NCBI RefSeq assembly: GCF_009914755.1
Contig: NC_060931.1
Direction: 5' to 3' (one strand)
Length of the DNA stretch: 64,000 bases
Origin: the human T2T-CHM13v2.0 reference genome, Homo sapiens
Shown one piece after another: positions 35,148 through 49,460 of the stretch. The notes beneath the pieces were generated by a model. The model was given only the letters and a program-made list of their open reading frames with translations, was not told the origin of the DNA and did no database searches. The number at the start of each line of letters is the position of its first letter. Within the stretch, counting starts at the first letter, position 1. The position numbers and the translations under genes are program-made.

Positions 35148-36017
35148 CTTCTTAACATGCTTCTCCATGTTCTGTTGTATCTCCAAAATCTGCTCCTGAA
35201 GAACCCCAGATTACCTGAAATTTCTAGAACATTTGTCTTTCAAAGAACCTTTACTGAGGAGATTGTACGGGTTCTCACTGCCCATTGGTATGAAGAGGGA
35301 GAGAAGAAGAAACTGGGAAGAGGAGCTATGCTCACAGAGAGGAAAAGCAGTGGCCCTAAAGTTCACGGCACAGGAGTGGCAGAGCCAGGGCAGGCACCAA
35401 GCCTCCCTGTTGCTTGACCTCTCTCCATCCCACTGCCCTCCAGCAACAGCTCAGATCCCAGAAGACAGGAGTCCTGTTGCATGCAGCAGAGTCAGGGATG
35501 GAGTCCATGGCCCCCTAAATGAGCAGTAGCATTCTATGCTATTCTGTTGCTTGTTTTCAATGGATTGTGACACTCAGGGATATCAGGGTCCTGTGCAGCT
35601 CTGCCTGAGGAGCTCAGGCATAATAGAGGAGTAAAGGGGCAGAGGGAGCCCTGAGGGGCTTCATCCCAGAGGGCCAGCCCATAGAAGTGGAATATGAGCA
35701 AGGATCAGGTGCACGAAGTGGGCAGAGGGCATTCTAGTAGATAGGACGCAGGCACCAAGAGCCCAAAGCATGAAATAGTGGCTTGCTCAGGGCAGGTAAA
35801 CACTTTCATATTGGGCAGGATTAAGTATACATGGAAGAGTTAGAAGCAGATCTGGCAAGAGGACAGGAGCAAAATCAGGAGAGGCCGAGTGAATCTGGGC
35901 AAGAAAGTGGGACCATATCCCCTAGGCCAGTGATCCTAAATGAGAATCAAAATCCAGGGAGGAAAATACAGTCATTGGAAAAGATCATTTTTTATATTAA
36001 TTAGGATTGTAACATTG

Positions 36018-36740
36018 TGAAACAGGAGAGTTACCTGACCTCCCTCGCAGAACATGCAACAGGGGTGTCACTCATCTGTTCAGCTGCTCAAACCCCTTAG
36101 AGGAGGAGGAGCACGCAGACGGACAGGTGCAGGAGGGCAAGTGGGAGTGTGTTAAAATGCGCTCTTTTAGCCTTGCTGTCTACGGACAGTTTAAGTGTTA
36201 ACCAGCTCAGTGGACCCTCTGCCTTTTTGCAAAGGCAGAGGGCTACTGTGACAGCTTTCTGCATCCCAAGTTCTTGTCCAGCATCCCGGAAGAATTGGGT
36301 CACACATGAACTGGAAGGATGGTGAATGCAGGGTTTTATTGGGTGGTGGAGGTGGCTCTCAGTGGGATGGATGGGGAGCCGGCCAGGGAATGGAGTAGGA
36401 AGATGATCTTCCCCTGGAGTTTGGCTGTCCAGTGGCTGATTCTCCGTCCATCCCCAGCCGAACTCCTCCTTACATTCAGACACTCCTTCCCTTCTCTCCT
36501 TCTCTGCTGCGCTATTCTGCCATTTGTCTCCTCATCTGCTCATCTCCTTCTGGAGCCTGGGGTTCAGGGTTTATATGGATACCAGATGGGGGCATGGCGG
36601 GCCAAAAGGCAATTTTTTAGGCGCAAAAACAGGAATGCCTGTTCTCATTTAGGGCCGCAGGTTTCCAGGTTTGAGGGTGGGGCCTTTGCCAGGGAACAGC
36701 CCTCTTCTACCCAGTATTTCTCTGTCTCCTGTCCATATCA
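36018..36740 (-). mobile_element. ERV1 solo LTR (LTR27/LTR28/MER52 group)
   Basis: Reverse complement starts TGATATGGACAGGAGACAGAGAAATACTGGGTAGAAGAGGG. 4-bp TSD ATTG at 36014-36017 and 36741-36744. Confidence 0.8.
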
Positions 36741-37046
36741 ATTGATTATATGCTTAACAGGTACCAAAAATGTGAATAATTTTATTTACATGCTTTATCA
36801 CATGCCCTATTTAAAACAATAACAGACATTAAATATTTATTCACTCAATAAATATTTATCAAGTACCTACATGTGCCATTACCTGCTTTCAGCACTTGGT
36901 TTTACATAAGTAAATCAGGAATTTTTTATCCTGTTCTTAAAATGCTTATATTGTTCCCAGGCAATAGAAAATAAACATGTACATGTTATTCTTACCTTTA
37001 TTTATGGGAAAACTGAGATAAGAGAAGGTAATTAATTTGCACATAG

Positions 37047-37422
<376 letters not shown>

Positions 37423-37563
37423 CATGCTCCTAACTTCTATACTACTTGCACATACTTCCCAACAGTCTCCTTTAGGCCCCTGCAAAGTGTCTACCAGAAA
37501 GCATTTCAAAATTGCAAATTTTATTTCCTCTATGAATTATGTGAACACCTATATCCACCTAGA

Positions 37564-37885
37564 TTTTGTTTTGTTTTGTTTTGTTTTTTGAGACAGTGTC
37601 TCACTCTTTGACCCAGGCTGCAGTGCAGTGGTGTGATAACTGCTCACTGCAGCCACAACCTCCTGGGCTCAAGTGATCCTCACACCTCAGCCTCCAGAGT
37701 AGCTGAGACTACAGGCAAGCACCACCTCACCTGGCTAATTTTTTTAAAAACTTTTTGTAGAGATTGGGCAGGGGGAGCCTCACTATGTTGCCTAGGGTGG
37801 TCTCAAACTCCTGTCCTCAAGTGATCCTCCTGCTTCTACCTCCCAAAGTGCTGGGATTACAAGCGTGAGCCACCCATGCCCAGCC
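37564..37885 (-). mobile_element. AluJ
   Basis: Diverged Alu (CTCCTGGGCTCAAGTGATCCTC) with a (TTTTG)n tail. Confidence 0.9.
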
Positions 37886-37936
37886 TAGAATTTTTGATTA
37901 CCTAGAGTAGACTGTTCAGTAGAAATATTCATTGAA

Positions 37937-38740
<804 letters not shown>

Positions 38741-39189
38741 AACAAATTCAGCCAGGTATAGTGGCACACACTTGAAGTTCTAGCTACTCAGGAGGTTGTG
38801 GAAAAACAACAACAACAACTTTGGGCACTTTGACTCTTCCTTGTTCCAAATAAGAGACTATGCCTGCCATGATTGCCTGGTCGATATGTTTTCATCCTTT
38901 TAGAATAACATGTAAAGCCTTCAAATGCTCCGCAAATATAACAGTTGCCCAATAAATGCTTTGTTTAATTATGTGAATTAATTAAGGCTGAGAAATACAT
39001 CATAATGAGTTAAATTTTATAAGGTTGATAGTCCTGCTACAGAATTGGTAACAGCTAGTTTCACCCTGTATTATCATTTGCTTCCTATAGCTCTCAGCCA
39101 GACATTTTCCATTTCAGGGGAAAGTTTACTGAGTGCGTGTGACAGGGAATATTTATGAAAGAAATCAAGTTTTTCCAAAGTAACTCCTA

Positions 39190-41330
<2,141 letters not shown>

Positions 41331-41335
41331 ACTAG

Positions 41336-41551
41336 GTCAGGCGTGGTGGCTCACGCCTGTAATCCCAGCACTTTGGGAGGCTGGGGCGAGTGGATCACCA
41401 GGTCCAGAGTTTGAGACCAGCCTGGCCAAGATGGTGAAACCCCGTCTCTACTAAAAAAACAAATATTAGCCAGGCATGGTGGCAGGCACAGCAGTGCACT
41501 CTAGCCCAGGTGACAGAGCATGACTTTGTCTCAAAAATAATAATAATAATA
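41336..41551 (+). mobile_element. AluS with internal deletion in the right arm
   Basis: Alu left arm, start and end of the right arm, (AAT)n tail. Confidence 0.88.
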
Positions 41552-42609
41552 TTTTTGAATAAGTAATAAATGAATGGAAGGAAGGGAGGGAGGAAAGGAG
41601 AAGAGAAATTAGTTTAATGAGTTTGAAAAACATAGGGATAAATAGCAGAGTAATCCAAGTAAGAGAAGACCTGCTGCATAGCACCTGGTATTTGGGAGCT
41701 GGCCCTCTCAATGCATGGTGAATCTTGTAGAAAATTCAAAATGAATGGATGGAAGCAGCCCTCCCTGGTCTTGCTGTCACCTTAAGGCATCTCAAGGACC
41801 TTGTTAGTTTCAGCACTCTAGTTCTCTGGAAAGACTCTACAGGGGTAAGAGCACAGCTGTCCCAACTCATCCACCCTTGGACTTCACCTCGCCATCTGAT
41901 ATGGTTCTCCCACTTGGATGTTAGGTGGGCAATTCCATGGGTTCTCTAGTCGTCTTAGCTTTCTAAGACGTTCTTAAGACCACATGTTCTCCTGCAGATG
42001 ACTAGAGATGATCACAGGGTCCTTCAAAGATGGATTCTGACAACTGCCCCAACATCTGAATTTCCAGCAAGAGGAAGCAGGCTGAGCAGTAACCAAAGCT
42101 AGAAAAATGGAGACCTGGGACAACAGGACCTTTCCTAAGAAGCTTCAGGATTGCAGCTCCCACACATATAATTTAAACCCAAGCCCCCTTAGAGGGGCCA
42201 ATACACAGAAAGGTCTTGCTTACTGACAGTATCTTAAGAAATAGATACCAAAAATATCTGGTCTACCCTCTTCTCATCTGATTTTTTCCTATTTCTGAGG
42301 CTTGAATTCTCATGAAACATACTCTATACTCTATAGAGGGCTATCATTTCTTACAGAAGACTCATTGTACCTGAAGATGCAAACCAGGAGGGCTGAGTAG
42401 GAACATTAGTGTCAAGTCATTCACTCAACTAGAGTAAAATTTAGAGTTGAAGTAACTGGCATTGGTAGAAAGATAAGACACCATGTCATCTAGAGGACAA
42501 AAAGATAAGAATATACATTTCATAGATCCTACAGACCCAGAGCAAGTATTGGGAAATAGAAGTGAAAAAGATGCTGTTTAGAAAAGTTAAGGCAGAATCC
42601 ATCCTGCTG

Positions 42610-42618
42610 TTCCAGGAA
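42610..42618. promoter_or_regulatory. STAT5-type GAS element upstream of the PIP-like copy
   Basis: TTCCAGGAA matches TTCYNRGAA, 265 nt upstream of the ATG. Confidence 0.45.
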
Positions 42619-42874
42619 CATTCTAATCTGATATTGGCAAACAAGGGAAAACAACTGAACTAATTCTTTCCTCATTCCATTCCAATGTAAAATTCCAGCT
42701 GAATGTTGACATTTCTCCAAGAAAAAAATTCATGGTGGTAATTAGGGAAGTTTCAAGGTCTGATGATTTTGGTTGAGTGGCCTGCCCAAATGTCACAATG
42801 TTCTCTTGCTGTAGTTATGAAGAATAATTTGGGTGCCTGGGTGCACAGTTCTCTGGGCATCAAATTTCTCCAGC

Positions 42875-42969
42875 ATGCATGCTCTTCAGATTCTGTTCAA
42901 GCCCTGTCTTGTTGCCCTGCTCCTGGTTCTCTGCCTGAGGCTGGGGACCAGCATAGCTCAGGAAGAATT
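42875..42969 (+). pseudogene. PIP-like paralog exon 1 (signal peptide)
   Basis: MHALQILFKPCLVALLLVLCLRLGTSIAQEE(L): 16/32 identical to PIP exon 1. Same 95-nt length, same TTTCTCCAGCATG context, donor GTAAGC, phase 2. Confidence 0.92.
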
Positions 42970-44490
42970 GTAAGCCACCACTTTCTCCTTGTTGCAGAAA
43001 ATCTTCCAACGGGGACACATCTCCCAACCCAGAAATCAATATGGTGCCCCTAGGGATTATTTTACCACTCCAAAGGGGACACATTCTGGGTATTCTCACT
43101 AAAGATGTCTCTTAGTCTCACTCTTTTCCTATTCAGATCCTATTGTGGGGGTTACTGCATTCATGTCTTATTACTACTTGTATTTTAATTCATTTTTCTA
43201 TCCTAAGTTTATCATTGGCATCATTTTCTCCTAAATGAAAAGCATGGGCAGAGATGTGGGCTTAATCAATACCTGTGGGATGAGCTTTGGATAAGATGCC
43301 TGAGCTGCAAGAGAGGGGCCATGGCCCTGGTCTTTACTGGGGTTACAAGGTTGTGCTGACCACTAACTCATACAATTGGTCTCATTGGAAACAGTGCTCT
43401 CTATCTCATTAAGATCTGTGTCATACACTGGGGCTGGGACCTACAAGACCTGAGCAGGTTTCTCTAAGTAAGGAAAAAGTAGAAACATGCTCCTGGACTC
43501 CACCTTTTCCTGGATTTGTTCCTAAATGCAACATGTCCTTGCATAAATGCGACACAGCTGGTCTCCAGGTCTATACTGATTTGCCAAAACGGAGGAAAAG
43601 AAATGACAGATTCCAGTTCCTTAAGTGGAAAGGAGAACATTGAAACGGGACTCTGTCCCTTGGCAAGAGCAAAGTACTAAGATCCAGAATGAAGCCAGCA
43701 GGTCCTTAGGAGACATGGACGTGTAGCAGACAGAATGTGGAGAAAGGAGTATCTAGCAGATGGAAATGGAGCCATGGAGATTTTGGTGAAGAAGGGGTTC
43801 TTGCCAAGCCTGGATGTTTCTCTAAGGAGAAGAGAAGCAAAGAGGATGTGGGGGTGGATATATGGAGTAACACAAAATGTGTGTGTGCTGGGTTTTGGTT
43901 GACTAAACTTCTACTTAGTTTCCCCTCTACTTAGTGAGTTGGACAAAGTTGAACTATGTTGATCATTATGTTAAACTTTAATTCATTGGTGTGATATGTT
44001 TATCAGACTCATAGAATTTCTTATCCTTCTACTAGTTATACCAGTATAAGAAAATGAACTTTCATGGATTTGGGGATGATTCCATAAGAAAAATCAAAAG
44101 GAGAATCTCAGGCTAAAGTAGACCATGCAACCAAATCACTTCCTGCTTCAAACAACATGGTGGAGATTCAACTGAGTATCCATGATGAAGGAAAAGCAGT
44201 CCCTCAGTCTGGCTCCCTGCCCTCATCAGTCCACCAGGAATATGACCTCTTTTCCTCTGGCCTCCATTTCCCCTTCCTATCAGATAGGGGCATCTTGGCT
44301 GGACACACAGAGCCCACAGGCACAAGTCATGCACAGAGGATCCTTATGAGTGACAGCATTGACTTATGTGCTTCCTCACTCCCTGCACCCCTCTGTTCAC
44401 TCTGTCCTCCTGCTTCCATTCTCCCTCCTGGGACACCCCTGTCCTACACTTTCCCTGACTTTGGGTTTCTCCTTCTTTTGGCATATACAG

Positions 44491-44599
44491 ACAGAACATA
44501 ATTTTTCTGAGCATGACAATCCCTGAATCTGTAAAGCCAGAGGAAATATTTTTGCTAACACTCATGGTTACAAATAACAATAGGTATAAATATGTGGAG
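44491..44599 (+). pseudogene. PIP-like paralog exon 2
   Basis: Acceptor TACAG, open frame QNIIFLSMTIPESVKPEEIFLLTLMVTNNNRYKYVE (PIP: RKIIIKNFDIPKSVRPNDE...), donor GTAACT. 109 nt, phase 2 to 0. Confidence 0.88.
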
Positions 44600-44964
44600 G
44601 TAACTGAAGAATTGGAGGGAAGGTTGGTGGGAAAGAGAAGAGAAATATCACAATAAAGAACATTGGTCGTCATTACTGATTGTATGTGAAACAGTTTAAC
44701 ATCTTGCCAAATGCTTCACCTACACATGATTTTGTGTACATTAGCCTTGAACCTCAGAACAACTCTGTTAGGAATGTACATGTTATCAATTCCATTTTGA
44801 AGTTGAAGAAATTGTGTTATGAAAAAGATGAATGAGTGGAGGCTTTTAACCATAGGGTCAGGACTCTAATTCATGAGGGGAGGGTAGCAGTGGGGAGATT
44901 AGGAAGAGGAAAAAAAAGAAATGAGAGGAAAGCAATCCAAATGCAGATGAAAAGAAAGATGGAC

Positions 44965-45656
44965 AGAGAAACACAAATCAAAACCACAATGAGATACCAT
45001 CTTACACCAGTAAGAATGGCTACTACTAAAAAGTCAAAAAATAACAGAAGCTAGTGAAGCTGCAGAGAAAAGGGAATGTTTACACACTTTTCATGGGAAT
45101 GTAAATTGGTTCAGCCACTTTGAAAAGCAGTTTGAAGATTTCTCAAAGAACTTAAAATTGAGCCACCATTCAACCCAGCAATCCCATTACTGGGTACATA
45201 CCGAAAGGAAAATAGACCATTACACCAAATGGCCACTTGATATGTTCACCACCATGCTATTCACAATATTAAAGACATGGAATCAACTAAGCGCCCATTG
45301 ATGGTGGATTGGATAAAGAAAATGTGGCACATAGACACCATGGAATACTATGCAGCCATAAAAAATAAAATCATTTTCTTTGCTGCAGTGTGGATGGAAC
45401 TGGAGACCATAATTCTAAGCAAATTAATGAAAGAACAGAAAACCAAATATTGCCTGTTCTCACTTATAAGTAGTAGCTAAACATTGAGCACCCATGGACA
45501 TAAACAAGAAAACAGACAATGCAGACTGCTAGAGGGAGGGAGGGCAAAAGGGAGGAATGGGTCAAAAAACTACCTATTGGGTACTATGCTCACTACCTGG
45601 ATGCAAAATACCCATGTAACAAATCTGCTCATATACCCCTGTATCTAAAATGAAAG

Positions 45657-45692
<36 letters not shown>
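44965..45692 (+). mobile_element. L1 (L1PB/L1MA-like) 3' fragment in paralog intron 2
   Basis: ORF2 C-terminal peptide, 3' UTR, A-tail. AAAGATGGA occurs on both sides. Confidence 0.88.
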
Positions 45693-45694
<2 letters not shown>

Positions 45695-45904
45695 TGGATT
45701 AGACTGAGTGACAATGCTCAGAGACTTCTATTGGAACCATGTTCCCACCCACCCCTACTCGCCCCAACCAGCCCATGCAGCGATGAGGATGAACCTAGGA
45801 GACCCAGCTCAACAGGCTGTGGCAGATGTAACAGAAGCTTCAGGGATGTGGTCATTGTGATCTCTCTCAAAATTGAGAGACTTACCATCACACAAGAACT
45901 GGCT

Positions 45905-45912
45905 ATATATAT

Positions 45913-45947
<35 letters not shown>

Positions 45948-46916
45948 TACACATATATATATATATACTTTATGTTCTGGGGTACATATGCAGAATGTGC
46001 AGTTTTGTTACATAGTTACACACATGCCATGGTGGTTTGCTGCACCCATCAACCTGTCACCTACATTAGGTATTTCTCCTCATGCTATCTGTCCCTTAGC
46101 CCCCCTCCCCCTGACAGGGCCTGGTGTGTGATGTTCCCCTCCCTGTGTCCATGTGTTCTCATTGTTGAACTCCCACTTATGAGTGAGAACATGCGGTGTT
46201 TGGTTTTCTGTTCTTCTGTTAGTTTGCTGAGAATGATGGTTTCCAGCTTCATCGATGTTCCTGCAAAGGACATGAACTCATCCTTTTTTATGGCTGCATA
46301 GTATTCCATGGTGTATGTGTGCCACATTTTCTTTAACCAGTCTATCATTGATTTGCGTTGGCTCCAAGTCTATTGTGAATATCATTCATTTGCATTGGCT
46401 CCAAGTCTATTGTGAATAGACATACGTGTACATGTGTCTTTATAGTAGAACGATTTATACTTCTTTGGGCATATACCGAGTAATGGGATTGCTGGGCCAA
46501 ATGGTATTTCTAGTTTTAGATCCTTGAGGAATTACCACACTGCCTTCCACAATGGTTGAACTAATTTACACTCCCACCAACACTGTACAACCATTCCTAT
46601 TTTTCCACATCCCCTCCAGCATCTGTTGTTTCCTGACCTTTTAATGATCACCATTCTAACTGGTGAGAGATGGTATCTCATTGCGGTTTTGATTTGCATT
46701 TCCTTAATGACCAGTGATGATGAGCTTTTTTTCATGTTTGTTGGCTGCATAATTGTCTTCTTTTGAGAAGTGTCTGTTCATCTCCTTTGCCCACTTTTTT
46801 ATGGGGTTTCTTGTTTTTTTCTTGTAAAGTTGTTTAAGTTCTTTGTAGATTCTGGATATCAGTCCTTTGTCAGACGGATAGATGGCAAAACTTTTCTCCC
46901 ATTCTGTAGGTTGCCT
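45905..46916 (-). mobile_element. L1PA 3' fragment whose tail is a (TA)n/(CA)n microsatellite
   Basis: TSD AAGAACTGGCT at 45894-45904 and 46917-46927. Internal ~37-bp tandem duplication at ~46345-46418. Confidence 0.92.
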
Positions 46917-47898
46917 AAGAACTGGCTTTTTTGAAGTCATGTCCTCCATTTCCTTTCCCTGCTCTCTTCACTGAGCATTCAGAACCCCTAAACCCTTCTG
47001 CTTTGCCATCTTTGATACCAGTCCCCAGTTCCTTCAAGGTTTCTTTAGGCTTTTTGGAAAGCAGATGCAAACAGATGGGAAAATTGCAGAGTTACTAAGA
47101 ACCCTAAGAGAAATACAAATAGTACTTAACACTTATGACATTTATCGAAATATGGTGACAGTAGAAATGCCTCTGAGAAGCCCCTTCTCCAGAGGTCTTC
47201 TTTGGTACTGTCTCAGGAAGACATCGGATATTTTTTCTTCCCTAGTCTGGCCTCAGCAGATTTCTTCTTCCGTCTTCAGAAACTCAGTCAGTGTTTAACT
47301 AAAAGTTTTATAATTTGATTGGCAGAAGAAAAATAAGTGCTAAATACTACTCAGTCAAATGCTTTCAGAATCCAAGTGTGTTTATTTGCACAATAAACAT
47401 GGTACTTTACATTCTGAAAGCTCTAACATTCGCAAAGCACTCATGAGCTCATACGAAGGAGACAGGTGAGTATCCATGCTTCCATCTCGCAAATGTCATG
47501 TTACAAAGCAGGAAAGCAGGACAGGTGAGATGATAAACTCTGTTTTTGTTTGTTTGGTGGGTTGTTTTTGTTTCTGTTTATTCACCACACCAGAGTAGAC
47601 AAACTAATGTCTCCAATCTCCATATAACTTCCTCTTGGTTCAGTGAGCAGTTAATTAAAATAATTTCCTACTAACTCCAATTTGGAGAACCTCAGCTCTA
47701 GGCTGGATGAAAGGCAACTGATGCCTAAATGCAGTCCAACACTGGTGCCCTTTTACTCCTTCAAGTACTGAAATAAAGAGTCCATTTCACTAATAAGCTG
47801 ATGAGTTAAATGCTAGCTGGACCCAGACAGGTGTGTTTACCCCTGCTTCTTGAAACAGAAACAAATGTGACATGTGACTTCCCTAAACCAAACGTTTA

Positions 47899-48235
<337 letters not shown>

Positions 48236-48263
48236 GAAAAGATTGTTTTTAACAATGCAGTTA

Positions 48264-48565
48264 GGCCAGGCGTGGTATCTTATGCCTGTAATCCCAGCAC
48301 TTTGGGAGGCCAAGGCAGGAGGACCCGCCTGGCCAACTTGGAGAAACCCTATCTTTACTAAAAAAAAAATACAAAAATTAACTGGACGTGGTGGTGGGCA
48401 CCTGTAATCCCAGCTACTTGGGAGGCTGAGGCAGGAGAATCGCTTGAACCAGGAAGTGGAGCTTGCAGTGAGCCGAGATCGTGACATTGCACTCCAGCCT
48501 GGGCAACAAGAGTGAAACCCATCTCAAAAAAAAGGAAAAACAAACAAACAAACAAAATAAAAAAA
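48264..48565 (+). mobile_element. AluS (small left-arm deletion)
   Basis: Dimeric Alu with A-rich tail. Confidence 0.9.
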
Positions 48566-48772
48566 CAACAATGCAGATAAAGTTGAGCGTGGTATATAAT
48601 GACAATTTTTTTTAAGTTGCCTATGATCAAGTGTAGCAGTGAATGTATAAAGAGTATAACAGCTGGAGAATAGTCCCTGAGTGTCCCCTTCACCTGGGCC
48701 TAATGCTTAACCCAGGGCTGCCTCAGCCAGATCTACACTCTCTCTAACCCTTCTCCCCATTCCTCTCCTCAG

Positions 48773-48883
48773 ATTAAAACCAGTATTGAGGCCAATCCAA
48801 GCATTAGCTGCTCTTACAGTCGTTTTATTTACACTGTGTGTGTGGTAGACAAAAGTTCTACTGGGAACTAACAACTCCGTCCA
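48773..48883 (+). pseudogene. PIP-like paralog exon 3 (1-nt frameshift)
   Basis: Strong acceptor CCTCTCCTCAG and donor GTAAGT. IKTSIEANPSISCSYSRFIYTVCV, then shifted frame RQKFYWELTTPS (PIP: ...YTACLCDDNPKTFYWDFYTN). 111 nt, needs +1 for phase 1. In-frame TAA at 48869-48871. Confidence 0.9.
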
Positions 48884-49235
48884 GTAAGTGAGGACACTTC
48901 CTGCCTGAACATAAGTATCCAGATTAGGGGGAGTGCTAGGAGAGGTCACAGTAAAAAGGGAAAAGCAGGAGGTGGCAGAAAGCAAAGGAGCAGAGTATTG
49001 CAATAAGAGCGAGACACAAGACAGGCAGGCAGTGTGGGCAGGGGCTCAACGTGAGGGCAGGGAGATTGGGCAACAACTGCTGTGCCTTGTGTATAAGACT
49101 AAGCAGTGGGAGCTGAGTTCCAGAGGCAGTGAAAGGGGGGATAAGGTGTGCGGTGGGTGGAGCTTAAGTGAGAAGACCAGAAGTGAAGTGGTGTGGAGCC
49201 CAGTGGTCTATCACTCTTCTGATTCCTCTCCCCGG

Positions 49236-49460
49236 AAGATATAAACAATAGAAGAGATGCTGAAGTTATGTCAGATGAAGATATGGGCCATCCTAATGAG
49301 GAACTGGACAAGACAACCGGTTACTACACATTCGTGGAGAGCACTGTCATCCTAACCCTGCACTGGAAAGTCGGCTCTGACTTCCCACCCCTAGAAGGTC
49401 TCCTTTTTAGGAGAACCATCCCTGAGTTTGAGGGTATCTGGGTGGATGGTAACATAAACT
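49236..49460 (+). pseudogene. PIP-like paralog exon 4
   Basis: 352 nt after exon 3 (PIP intron 3 is 328). Pyrimidine tract + CGG/AAG. (K)DINNRRDAEVMSDEDMGHPNEELDKTTGYYTFVE. ACAACCGGTT shared with PIP exon 4. CATAAACTTC versus PIP AATAAACTTC. Confidence 0.72.

Noticed and set aside
36097-36822. 167-aa and 128-aa ORFs 3' of PIP
   Set aside because: They lie almost entirely within a solo LTR delimited by a TSD, with no recognisable protein features.
42763-43053. 96-aa ORF similar to the 27368-27712 ORF
   Set aside because: The similarity only reflects DNA homology of the two exon-1 regions read in the wrong frame. The meaningful frame starts at 42875.
47462-47472. Perfect donor CAG|GTGAGT in paralog intron 2
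   Set aside because: No convincing upstream acceptor or PIP-like frame. Such motifs arise by chance.
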